Notes: a model not told the origin generated them from the letters alone. A stretch of 64,000 nucleotides of DNA from an uncultured Rhodobacteraceae bacterium (GCA_943787605.1 CALSNB010000001.1:81404-145403), one strand, 5' to 3'; counted from the first letter of the stretch, positions 39,141 to 48,051 are shown. Made by a program: numbers and translations.

Positions 39141-40007
39141 ATATGATTGATTCACATCACCATTTATGGGACCTAAAAGCAGTAGAGTACCCCTGGTTGA
39201 ATGCTAAAGGTGTAAAGCGTTTTTTTGGTGATCCGACACCAATTCAGCGTAATTACCTGCTTGATGAGTTCAGACTTGATGCACAAAAAAATGGCTTTGG
39301 ATCTTCTGTTCATATTCAGGTGGGAGCAAAAGATGGTCTTGCTGAAGCGAAGTGGGTGCAATCTATCAGTGATGCTAACCCTGATTGGCCAATGGTTCAG
39401 GTTATTTTTTGTGATCTAACTTCCCCTGATCTTGAAACTGTCCTAGACAGCTATTTAAAGCTACCGTCTGTTCGTGGTGTAAGGCAAATTATTGGCCGTG
39501 CACCAGAGGAGGATAACAAAACAGGTACCAATGATTTATTGAATTCGGAAGCACTTTTGCGAGGATTACGTAGCGTTGGTGAAAGAGGCCTTTCATTTGA
39601 TTTACAACTTATTCCTGAATTGATGGAGGCCACAAGTAAGATACTGAAAGATGCGCCTAAAACGAAGAGTTGCCCTATGCCATGCGGGGTCTCCCCATGA
39701 TCGAACTACTAAGGGTTTGGAAATATACGCGGAGCAATTGGGCTATATGTCAAGTTTAAGTAATGTTACTTGCAAACTGTCAGGCCTTGGTATGTTTGAC
39801 CATGGATGGACTACAGATTCTATTAAAACTATTATTGATATCTGTTTGAAGCAGTTTGGTGAAAATCGCTGTATGTTTGGTTCTAATTTTCCTGTTGATA
39901 GCCTTTATTCAAATTACGACCGGCTGATTAGTAGTTATAAAGATATTATCCCAAGAGAGTGTCACTCCTCAGTTTTTGAAAAAGTAGCGCAACGTTTTTA
40001 TTTCTGA
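39137..40007 (+). pseudogene. amidohydrolase_2-family (metal-dependent hydrolase/decarboxylase) gene, frameshifted
   Basis: The N-terminal part (IDSHHHLWD...) is track ORF 39137-39700. The C-terminal part (RVALCHAGSPHD...MFGSNFPVD) is ORF 39651-40007 in another frame. The switch lies near 39659-39668 in aaaacgaagag. Confidence 0.7.
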
Positions 40008-40202
40008 CTTAAAAATAATTATTATACGTAACACACTTATATATAAGTAATTTAACAGATGTGTTATAAAACAGAAAATTCCTCAACTTATTCTAAGTAG
40101 ACTTGGCGTTAGTAATTTGTTAAATTTTTTTATAAATTTTTAAATTACTTGACGCTGCAGATTCTCCTGCAACCATTTTAAATTAATAAGGAATCTCGCA
40201 AA

Positions 40203-40598
40203 ATGCCTAAGATTGTTCTTCGACCAAAAACCCTCGACTTTCAACCGCGACCAACATTTCCATATTCGCCTGGTGCACGAGGTGGAAATATGGTGTTTAC
40301 TGCTGGTCAAGTCGCGTGGGATCACACTGGTAATGTGATAGGTCTTAATGATGTTCGAGCACAAACTATCCAAACACTTTCAAATGTTAAAGCTGTTCTG
40401 GAGGAGGGTGGGGCTGTTCTCGGTGATGTAGTTAAGTGCAACGTCTACTTAAAGGATATGAAAGACTTTCAAATAATGAACGAAGAGTTTGCTAAACTCT
40501 TCCCAGAAAACCCACCAGCCCGAACAACAGTACAAACACCAATGGCAGAACCAGAGATGTTAGTAGAGATCGAAGCAATAGCTTATATAGGTGAATAA
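40203..40598 (+). CDS. RidA/YjgF-family reactive enamine/imine deaminase
   Basis: 131 aa with GGNMVFTAGQV...VKCNVYL...PARTTVQ...VEIEAIA, the typical YjgF/RidA pattern. Confidence 0.85.
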   Translation: MPKIVLRPKTLDFQPRPTFPYSPGARGGNMVFTAGQVAWDHTGNVIGLNDVRAQTIQTLSNVKAVLEEGGAVLGDVVKCNVYLKDMKDFQIMNEEFAKLFPENPPARTTVQTPMAEPEMLVEIEAIAYIGE

Positions 40599-40691
40599 AG
40601 TACTTAATGAAGAGGGTTTATTCCAACCTATTAAGAATAATTTTGAATAGGCTTCTATAGAACGTTTTTGGTATTAAAAAGAAATTTTGTT

Positions 40692-41696
40692 ATGTCATAT
40701 TTTCCAACAGTAAAGCTGGTTACAGATCGGACCCCCATTCAACCTCTTGCTCAACTGTCGTCACTGTTAGGGATTGATTTGTGGATAAAGCGTGATGACC
40801 TTGCTGGAACTACTTTGGGGGGGAATAAAGCAAGGCAATTAGAATATTATCTTGGAGCAGCTGTTGCAGGGGAGGCCGATACGATTTTGATTACAGGAGC
40901 TGTGCAATCAAATTTTGTTCGAATAGCTGCGGCATCTGCTGCTAGCTTGGGTATGCAAACGGTTATTCAACTTGAAGACAGAGTGGATCGGGACGACCTC
41001 ATCTATAGGCAGTCGGGAAATGTCCTGTTGAACAGTATTTCTGGTTCACGGGTGATTTATTATCCGCATGGTGAAGATGAAAATGGTGCAGATGCTGCTT
41101 TGTTTGCTGAGGCTACAAGGCTACGCAAACAAGGAAAAACGCCGTATGTGATACCTCTTGGAATGCAAAAGCCACCACTCGGGGCACTTGGCTATATACA
41201 TTGTGCGGAAGAGTTACAGTCTCAGGCACCAGAGTTCGACTTTGCAGTTGTCGGTTCTGGAAGTGGCTTGACACATCTTGGGCTCGTTGCTGGATTTAAG
41301 GTGACTGGGGCTAAAACTGTGACAATCGGTAGTTGTGTGCGGCGATCAGAACATCAACAATACAAAAGATTACAAGACTTGGCAGCTGCTTTTGACAAAA
41401 TGCAGGAGTGTCCTGGCCGTCTCAATAAACAAGACTTTGAAGTTTGGGATGGGGCATTAGCACCAGGGTATGGTCAATTGGGCTCCGTTGCTGCCCAAGC
41501 GATGTCCCTGCTTGGCAAGTATGAAGGGCATATTGTTGACCCAACATATACCGCAAAGAGCTTTGCTGCCATTCCTGCACTGGTAATGTCGGGTCGCATT
41601 CCTAAAGGCTCGAGGGTGGTATTTATTCACACTGGTGGGTTGGGTGCTGTCTTTGCCTACCAAGAAGATATTCGTTCGGCCCTTACTGACGTCTGA
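40692..41696 (+). CDS. PLP-dependent ACC deaminase / D-cysteine desulfhydrase / cysteate sulfo-lyase-family enzyme
   Basis: TPIQPL...IKRDDL...GGNKARQLEY (PLP Lys) and ITGAVQSNF align by eye with E. coli DcyD. ATG 40692 is chosen over the TTG at 40668. Confidence 0.85.
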   Translation: MSYFPTVKLVTDRTPIQPLAQLSSLLGIDLWIKRDDLAGTTLGGNKARQLEYYLGAAVAGEADTILITGAVQSNFVRIAAASAASLGMQTVIQLEDRVDRDDLIYRQSGNVLLNSISGSRVIYYPHGEDENGADAALFAEATRLRKQGKTPYVIPLGMQKPPLGALGYIHCAEELQSQAPEFDFAVVGSGSGLTHLGLVAGFKVTGAKTVTIGSCVRRSEHQQYKRLQDLAAAFDKMQECPGRLNKQDFEVWDGALAPGYGQLGSVAAQAMSLLGKYEGHIVDPTYTAKSFAAIPALVMSGRIPKGSRVVFIHTGGLGAVFAYQEDIRSALTDV

Positions 41697-41828
41697 AGAC
41701 AAAACGTCTTACCAAACTGATCTCAAAATGCCAATTGTAATATGACCTTTGTCTAAGAACTCTTTTTGAGTGAGCAAATAGTTAATCTCTTGTAGAAGTT
41801 TTTTTCAATTATTTAATACTGATACTCT

Positions 41829-42290
41829 TTACTCACTAGGGGCCACCGTTAACTTACCAACTTCTACTTGGATAACTTTTATAGGAGTATTTTTTGCTAT
41901 TGGTTTATCGCTAACCACATCCCATTGAATGCCTGAATAAAAATGTTTGATCGGTTTATTAGCAAGAATGTCAACATCTACGCTAAATCTGTAACCTACC
42001 AAGCCGACTTCTATGTTTTTATTCGTTTTGTTTGATTGTATCTTTTTTAGAGGTTTCCATAATATTACTGCACTTAAAAGAGATAAAACTGAAACAGAGA
42101 AAATTGCTGTCATTAAGTCATTTGGTAGGACATTTATAGACATTAAGGCACCTACAACAATCATAGATAACCCAATAAAAAATAATACAAAAGTTGCGAA
42201 ACCAAAAAAAATAATTTCAGCTACTAGAAGTAAAATACCTAAAAAAAGTAAGAGTTGCGAAATACTAAAAAATGAATCGATATTTTCCAT
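41829..42290 (-). CDS. NfeD-family membrane protein
   Basis: Three N-terminal TM helices plus a C-terminal OB-like soluble domain, directly downstream of an SPFH gene. Confidence 0.7.
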   Translation of the reverse strand: MENIDSFFSISQLLLFLGILLLVAEIIFFGFATFVLFFIGLSMIVVGALMSINVLPNDLMTAIFSVSVLSLLSAVILWKPLKKIQSNKTNKNIEVGLVGYRFSVDVDILANKPIKHFYSGIQWDVVSDKPIAKNTPIKVIQVEVGKLTVAPSE

Positions 42291-42326
42291 CTACTTATTT
42301 TTCCTTGTTTTAGAGAAATCCTTTAA

Positions 42327-43328
42327 TTAGCCTTTCCAAGGCTGAGGTGGAGCTTGATTGTCTGGAGTTGTATCATTAGAATTTGTATCTTTTTTTGAAA
42401 TTTTTTCAATAATTGCCATTGATTGAGCAACTAAAGAAGCAACATCATTCGAACTATCAGGTAAGAGAACTATGGTAGATTCTTTGGCAATTTTTTCTTT
42501 TGCTTCAATAGCCTTTGACGCTAAGTCTAATTGCACAGCTTTTTGACCCTCATTAGAGTTAGCAGCTTCTCCGATTACAACTAAAGCCTTTGCTTTTGCA
42601 TCTGCGACTGCAATTAGTGCCAGTGCCTCACCTTGAGCTAGTAAAATTTTCTCTTCTTTATCAGCCTCAGCTGATAATACAACGGCGGCTTTATCTCCTT
42701 CAGCTCTATTGATAGCTGCTTGTCGATCTCCTTCAGATTCTAATATTTGTGCTCTTTTAACTCTTTCCGCTCTCATTTGCTTTTCCATGGCTTCCATCAC
42801 GGATTGCGGAGGTTCAATATCTTTAATTTCATAACGGAGAACTTGAATTCCCCAGGGTGCGGCTGCTTGGTTTATAGATGTAACTATATTTGTGTTCAAA
42901 ACATCACGTTCTTCAAATGTCTTATCTAACTCTATTTTTCCAAGTTCCGAACGCATAGTTGTTTGAGCCAATTGAGTGACCGCAAATACATAATCATCTA
43001 CCCCGTATGTAGCTTTTACTGGATCGACGACTCTAAAATAAAGAACGCCGTCAACGGCTAGAGATATGTTATCTTTTGTTATGGCACTTTGACTTGGCAC
43101 GTTTACGGCAGTTTCTTTCAAAGACCGGTCTGCTGCAATTTTATCAATAAATGGGACTACAAAATTGAGACCCGCATCTTGTACCTCTTTAAATTTTCCA
43201 AAACGTTGGATAATATATGCTCTATTTTGAGGTACAAATTTAATAGCTCGCTGAAGGACTACTACAACCAATACAAAAAGTACGACTGGGAAAGAAAAGA
43301 TTATTGCTAAAAGTTCGGGAATTTCCAT
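42327..43328 (-). CDS. SPFH/band-7 (stomatin-like, QmcA-type) protein
   Basis: N-terminal anchor followed by YIIQRFGKF...GLNFVVPFID...ITKDN...YFRV, the typical stomatin core, and a coiled-coil Ala/Glu-rich tail. Confidence 0.9.
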   Translation of the reverse strand: MEIPELLAIIFSFPVVLFVLVVVVLQRAIKFVPQNRAYIIQRFGKFKEVQDAGLNFVVPFIDKIAADRSLKETAVNVPSQSAITKDNISLAVDGVLYFRVVDPVKATYGVDDYVFAVTQLAQTTMRSELGKIELDKTFEERDVLNTNIVTSINQAAAPWGIQVLRYEIKDIEPPQSVMEAMEKQMRAERVKRAQILESEGDRQAAINRAEGDKAAVVLSAEADKEEKILLAQGEALALIAVADAKAKALVVIGEAANSNEGQKAVQLDLASKAIEAKEKIAKESTIVLLPDSSNDVASLVAQSMAIIEKISKKDTNSNDTTPDNQAPPQPWKG

Positions 43329-43620
43329 TAAAATTATTTCCAGACATAAATTTATTAAAATTAGTTAAGTTACTTTATATGTTATATATTTAGTATCTCA
43401 TAGTGGAATTACAATGCTTTATTTTTCCACAAAAATTTCTGATGGAAGGGTCAAAAAAGGTTAATTACATTTTTGTAGCTTGTGATGTCAAAACAAAACG
43501 CTGAGTTAAACTTTTTAAATCAAGAGTAAATGTTCAAGAGTATAACTTTCAAGGCACACTAATTACGATTTTTGGTCATCTTATTATCAGTAAGAAGTAA
43601 ATAATTACTACGTTTCATAT

Positions 43621-44004
43621 CTACCCTAGATAATCGATAATTGGGCAGTCTGGCCGATGATTGCCAAGGCAAGTTGCAACCAAATGCTTTAGTTCGTCAC
43701 GCAGAGCTTGGAGCTCACGCTGTTTTATCTCTATTTCTTCTAATCTTTTGGACGCAATTCGTTTTACTTCAGCGCTGGTACGATTCTTGTCTTGGTAGAG
43801 TCCCAGCAGTGCGCGACACTCTTCAATAGTGAATCCAAATGCGCGTGAACGGCGTATGAATATCAATTTTCGTACGGTGACATCATTGTAAATGCGGTAA
43901 CCTGCATTAGATCTTGAAGCGGCTTCAACTAATTTAATATCAGCATAATATCGCACAGTTTTCACAGGTAGACTAGCAAGTTTTGATGCGGTAGAAATAT
44001 TCAT
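43621..44004 (-). CDS. cueR: CueR-type MerR-family Cu(I)/Ag(I)/Au(I)-responsive regulator
   Basis: N-terminal MerR helix-turn-helix, dimerisation helix, and C-terminal CLGNHRPDCPII with Cys at positions 112 and 120 and Ser at 77. These are the same positions as E. coli CueR by my count. Confidence 0.85.
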   Translation of the reverse strand: MNISTASKLASLPVKTVRYYADIKLVEAASRSNAGYRIYNDVTVRKLIFIRRSRAFGFTIEECRALLGLYQDKNRTSAEVKRIASKRLEEIEIKQRELQALRDELKHLVATCLGNHRPDCPIIDYLG

Positions 44005-44015
44005 AAAATTTGTCC

Positions 44016-44046
44016 TTGACCTTCCAGTTACTAGAAAGATTATAGT
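44016..44046 (+). promoter_or_regulatory. MerR-type promoter with 19-bp spacer (TTGACC-N19-TATAGT) carrying a CueR-box half-site
   Basis: -35 TTGACC at 44016-44021 and -10 TATAGT at 44041-44046. CCTTCC-N7-AGAAAG lies within the spacer. Divergent from cueR and upstream of 44099. Confidence 0.6.
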
Positions 44047-44098
44047 ACGCCTAATGAGGTTTCAAGGGTTTTATATGCCCGTATAAGAAAGAAAAATA

Positions 44099-44848
44099 AT
44101 GCGTCAGGGCAAAACTTTTAAAACGGCTACCCTTTACCGTATCGTGATGACTGATCATATGTGCCCGCACGGCCTTAAATCTAAAGACCTTTTGGAACGG
44201 CAGAAGTTTGTGGTTGAGGATCATCACTTGGTGAATCGAGAAGAGATTGATGCTTTCAAGTTAGAGCATGGCGTAAAGACGACGCCACAGACATTCATTG
44301 ATGGTGACCGGATTGGGGGCTTTGATGATCTCAGTGTATTTTTTGGTAAAACAAAAAAAATTAAGGATGCCACAACTTATAAACCTATTATTGTACTATT
44401 TTCAGTTGCAGCTTTAGTTGCTGTTGCCGTAACTTGGCTTGTGTTTGGAACTGTTTTCACAGGACAAACAATTGAATGGTTCATCTCGGTTTCGATGGTA
44501 CTTCTTGGTCTACAGAAGTTACAAGACGTTGAACGGTTTGCTACGATGTTCCTTAACTATGATCTGTTGGCACAACGCTGGGTCCGCTATGGTTATATTT
44601 ATCCTTTTGTAGAAACTGGGGCTGGTCTCCTAATGATGGCAGGTGTCCTCACTTGGGTATCGGCACCTGCTGCACTCTTTGTTGCTGTTATTGGGGCAAT
44701 TAGTGTGTTCAAAGCTGTTTATATCGACAGACGCGAACTTAAGTGCGCCTGTGTGGGTGGCGATAGTAAGGTCCCTCTTGGTTTTGTTTCACTTACCGAA
44801 AATCTCATGATGATAGGGATGGCTATTTGGATGCTTTCAAAGCTGTGA
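44099..44848 (+). CDS. glutaredoxin-like domain fused to a MauE/DoxX-like four-TM membrane domain
   Basis: N-terminal thioredoxin-fold signature (CPHG...TTPQTFIDGDRIGGFDDL) followed by four hydrophobic helices and a CAC pair (KCACVGG). Confidence 0.65.
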   Translation: MRQGKTFKTATLYRIVMTDHMCPHGLKSKDLLERQKFVVEDHHLVNREEIDAFKLEHGVKTTPQTFIDGDRIGGFDDLSVFFGKTKKIKDATTYKPIIVLFSVAALVAVAVTWLVFGTVFTGQTIEWFISVSMVLLGLQKLQDVERFATMFLNYDLLAQRWVRYGYIYPFVETGAGLLMMAGVLTWVSAPAALFVAVIGAISVFKAVYIDRRELKCACVGGDSKVPLGFVSLTENLMMIGMAIWMLSKL

Positions 44849-44858
44849 TGTTCAATTG

Positions 44859-44889
44859 TTGAACTCTCACTAACTGGAAGATTTAATCT
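44859..44889 (+). promoter_or_regulatory. second MerR-type promoter with 19-bp spacer (TTGAAC-N19-TAATCT)
   Basis: The spacer contains CTGGAAGATTTAAT, which resembles the right half of the E. coli copA CueR box as I recall it. It lies 32 nt upstream of the cytochrome c gene. Confidence 0.5.
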
Positions 44890-44920
44890 TATAGTAATAT
44901 ATTAAGGATTAGGAGCTTAA

Positions 44921-45343
44921 ATGAAATCAGTCACGGTGTTTAAAGTACTTGCCATCACTTTTGGTTTGGCTTGTGCGCTCTGGCTATTTGTTAATAATAG
45001 TGCTGATGACATCATAATAGAAACTGTGTCCACAAATGTTTTACTACCTGATACGCTGTCGAGGAACGCACAGATCGGTAAATTTGCGTTTGAAGCTAAA
45101 TGTGCATCCTGTCATGGGACGAATGCGGCGGGGCGAGACGGCGTTGCACCACCATTAGTTCATATCATCTATGAGTCTAACCACCATGGAGATGAAAGCT
45201 TCCAAAGAGCAGTCGCGATGGGTGTCCAAGCACATCACTGGTCATTTGGTAATATGCCTGCTGTGGAGGGTTTGACACGCGGAGATGTAAAGATGATTGT
45301 TAAGTATATTCGAGAATTACAAAGAGAAAACGGGATCAATTAA
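44921..45343 (+). CDS. membrane-anchored or secreted monohaem cytochrome c
   Basis: AGGAG ribosome-binding site, N-terminal hydrophobic anchor, a single CASCH haem-binding motif, and a distal Met in GNMP. Confidence 0.8.
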   Translation: MKSVTVFKVLAITFGLACALWLFVNNSADDIIIETVSTNVLLPDTLSRNAQIGKFAFEAKCASCHGTNAAGRDGVAPPLVHIIYESNHHGDESFQRAVAMGVQAHHWSFGNMPAVEGLTRGDVKMIVKYIRELQRENGIN

Positions 45344-45374
45344 TGGTGAGTAAGACAACTTTGACTGATTTTGT

Positions 45375-45800
45375 ATGAAGCTGTTCATATCTATTCTTAT
45401 GGTTTTGGCCACGACTGCCAATGCTGATCACGAGCTTGTAGATCGCAGTATTCAGACAGGACAAATACTCTATGTTACGAATTGTGCATCCTGTCATGGC
45501 ATAAACCTAGAGGGGCAACCGAACTGGAGATCCCCAAAAGGTGATGGGATACTACCAGCACCACCACATGATGCTACAGGACATACGTGGCATCACGACA
45601 ATGCATTACTTTTTGAATACACCAAGTTTGGAGGTCAAGGGGCACTTGCAACAAGAGGCATAACTGATTTTAACAGTGGAATGCCTGCCTTCAAGGATGT
45701 AATTTCGGATGAAGACATATGGAACGTTCTCGCCTACATTAGATCAACATGGCCAGAGCGGAATCAAAAAACTCAAGCTGGTCGTAATTTATCACATTAA
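45375..45800 (+). CDS. periplasmic monohaem cytochrome c
   Basis: Signal peptide MKLFISILMVLATTANA, CASCH motif, and a distal Met in SGMPAF. Confidence 0.8.
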   Translation: MKLFISILMVLATTANADHELVDRSIQTGQILYVTNCASCHGINLEGQPNWRSPKGDGILPAPPHDATGHTWHHDNALLFEYTKFGGQGALATRGITDFNSGMPAFKDVISDEDIWNVLAYIRSTWPERNQKTQAGRNLSH

Positions 45801-45933
45801 TCGACCATTGGGTTCAGACGCCATTTCTACTATCTATAGCGCGACAAGGTTTTTTTTAGAGTCAAAAAACTTGTATAATCTCTTGGATTTGTTAGACCAA
45901 GAAATTATTTATTTACAAGAGGAATAATTCACT

Positions 45934-46395
45934 ATGAGTACAACAAAAACATCTAAAGAGAATTCCTCTAAGAAAACAACTCCTGATGCGAATAAGAGCA
46001 AGGTAGAGTCTTCCGTAAAAACTACAGATACTTCTCCAGTTGATAAAGCTGGTTCTGCTACGGCTGATAAGACAGTGAGTAAATCGGAAGCTGCTCCTAA
46101 ATCTGCTTCTCAGACGTCTCTCAGTCATTTTTCTAGTGTGTCCACTCCTGAATACCGAGCTGGATGGCAAAGAATTTTTGGTGGAGGCGAAGTGAATCAA
46201 AAAGAAAAAAAAGAAGTTAGTAACGGAAATGAACTTCTAGTAAATATTGAAATTCAAGATACTGAAGCCAATGCGAAGTTAAGATCCATGCTTTATAGCT
46301 CTCTGTTAGCTCAGGCTAAAAAACAAGGTGTTAAAATAGAAAAAGTTAAAAACTCAACCTCGATAGAGTATAGCTTGCAATGTAAGGTCCGATGA
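45934..46395 (+). CDS. hypothetical protein with a Ser/Thr/Lys-rich low-complexity N-terminus
   Basis: GAGGA ribosome-binding site, a disordered N-terminal half, then YRAGWQRIFGG and a structured-looking C-terminus. The antisense ORF 45913-46200 was judged spurious. Confidence 0.5.
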   Translation: MSTTKTSKENSSKKTTPDANKSKVESSVKTTDTSPVDKAGSATADKTVSKSEAAPKSASQTSLSHFSSVSTPEYRAGWQRIFGGGEVNQKEKKEVSNGNELLVNIEIQDTEANAKLRSMLYSSLLAQAKKQGVKIEKVKNSTSIEYSLQCKVR

Positions 46396-47330
46396 CGCGT
46401 GAAGAACCACAAAATATTGAGGAATAAATACTAGATGTAAGTATTTATGAAGCTTGTGATCATATTAGCCATAAGGTATTTTATAATCAATTAATCTGGA
46501 CAAATTATTAACTCTTTCGCGTAAGGAATATAGTCGTCAGAGCATTTATCTATTGCTGTATTTTTAAATGAAACAATAGCAATGAGTACTGTTACAACTA
46601 TTATGAATGCTATAAAGCCTCGCACTTTTGATACTCCAGTACAATTTTTGTCAATTGGAGTATTCTCTTTAGGTGACGCTATTAGTATAGTCTATTACTT
46701 TTACGTTTATAATACTGAATGTCGTATGGGTGGTAAGGATCTAGTGAATCCTTGAGCCTTCTGGCTTAAGGTCATTAGTTAGTGCCAGACTATTATACTT
46801 GTAATCACATATTTTTTTCAAGGCTAAGCCAAATTTTTGAGTTCAAGCAAACACCCAAGCAGAAAAATGTGGACTTACTAAAAGTGTCGCAAATATCATA
46901 GCATCTTCACATTGGCCCTCAGTTGCAGCCCCAATTAAAATTGCAAAACAAGTTTAGTTCGCCTTAAGGCACTCACATTTTACCTCGTGTCTCATTAGAG
47001 GGTGATGCCCATGATTTACTAATTTTTTAGTCGTTTACTTATTAGATACTACGTATGCTACTTTAGTTGAGTGATGGAAAGTTTAATAAACTAGTTTTAA
47101 ATAATTTAGAGTTACAAAATACTATTAAATATATTTTAAAATATTAAAGATGTTACCCAAACTTTCTAATAGCTAAAAACTTATAGACTACTCGGTAGGA
47201 AAAATCTATGGAATACCAGAAAAATCATTGTTTAAAACAACCTGCGATATTGCGTCCTGTTGTATGTTGTTAAAAAATACCGGATGAAGGTATGTACAAG
47301 ATAAAAAAGTTTCAATCGGAGTAAATCGGC

Positions 47331-47582
47331 ATGTTAAAAGAATATATTTACAATTGTTGGACAGCAGTAATGGATTCTGAAAAAAGCCCATTAAGGCATA
47401 TCCCTAATCCTGCTGTTCGCCACATGATTTTACAGATATTGGCCTGGATGTGGTGTATAATATTTAGTTTGTACATTGGTAGTTATATTGTTTTTGGTTT
47501 AAGTGCAGCCGCGCACGCGCTTCTTTTAGCTGGGATTGCTATTACAGTTTCAACATTTGAAACTGCCAGAAGAAAAAAATAG
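47331..47582 (+). CDS. small two-TM membrane protein (hypothetical)
   Basis: 83 aa with GGAG upstream, two hydrophobic helices and a basic C-terminus. Confidence 0.4.
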   Translation: MLKEYIYNCWTAVMDSEKSPLRHIPNPAVRHMILQILAWMWCIIFSLYIGSYIVFGLSAAAHALLLAGIAITVSTFETARRKK

Positions 47583-48051
47583 ACATACCTTTTAAAAAAT
47601 TACCGACCATAAACATGTCTCACGGCATTATAGCAATCATAAACTTAATTAGTGTTTGGAGTCGTAGACACTCTCTAGCATCAGAAAGTATCTACAAGAC
47701 AGCCCATAGTGTATTGTCGGTAAAAGATAAAGGTATAGATTTTCTAACAAGTTTCTTTTCTACAAACTTTATAGGTTTCATGGCTCTTAAGCATTATAGA
47801 TAAGTTTATGGTAAATTTTATATGTAATACATTCTATATAAATTTAGTACTAGTTACGTAAAAGGTTTTATATAAAACTTGCCTATTTTGGTGTTTAAGA
47901 AGCTCTGATTAATGTCTACTTTCATGTTGAAAATGATAAAAGAAAAATTAGTTAAATAACAATGAATTTTCGTTAAAAAGCAATCAGAGTGAATTTGACT
48001 TTATGTTGGTGAGTGTTTAGGACGCAAACAAATACGGAAAGGTAATTTAAA

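Noticed and set aside
40008-40202. 7-bp inverted repeat TAACACA...TGTGTTA upstream of the RidA gene as an operator
   Set aside because: The arms are short and about 25 nt apart in AT-rich DNA, which is easily produced by chance.
45913-46200. 95-aa minus-strand ORF overlapping 45934-46395
   Set aside because: Its Arg/Ser/Phe-rich translation mirrors the low-complexity Ser/Lys/Thr region of the + strand gene. The + strand gene has a GAGGA ribosome-binding site and a structured C-terminal half.
47206-47803. ORFs 47206-47391 (-) and 47615-47803 (+)
   Set aside because: The first overlaps the start of the better-supported 47331-47582 gene on the opposite strand. The second has no ribosome-binding site and an odd composition. 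Both are treated as noise.
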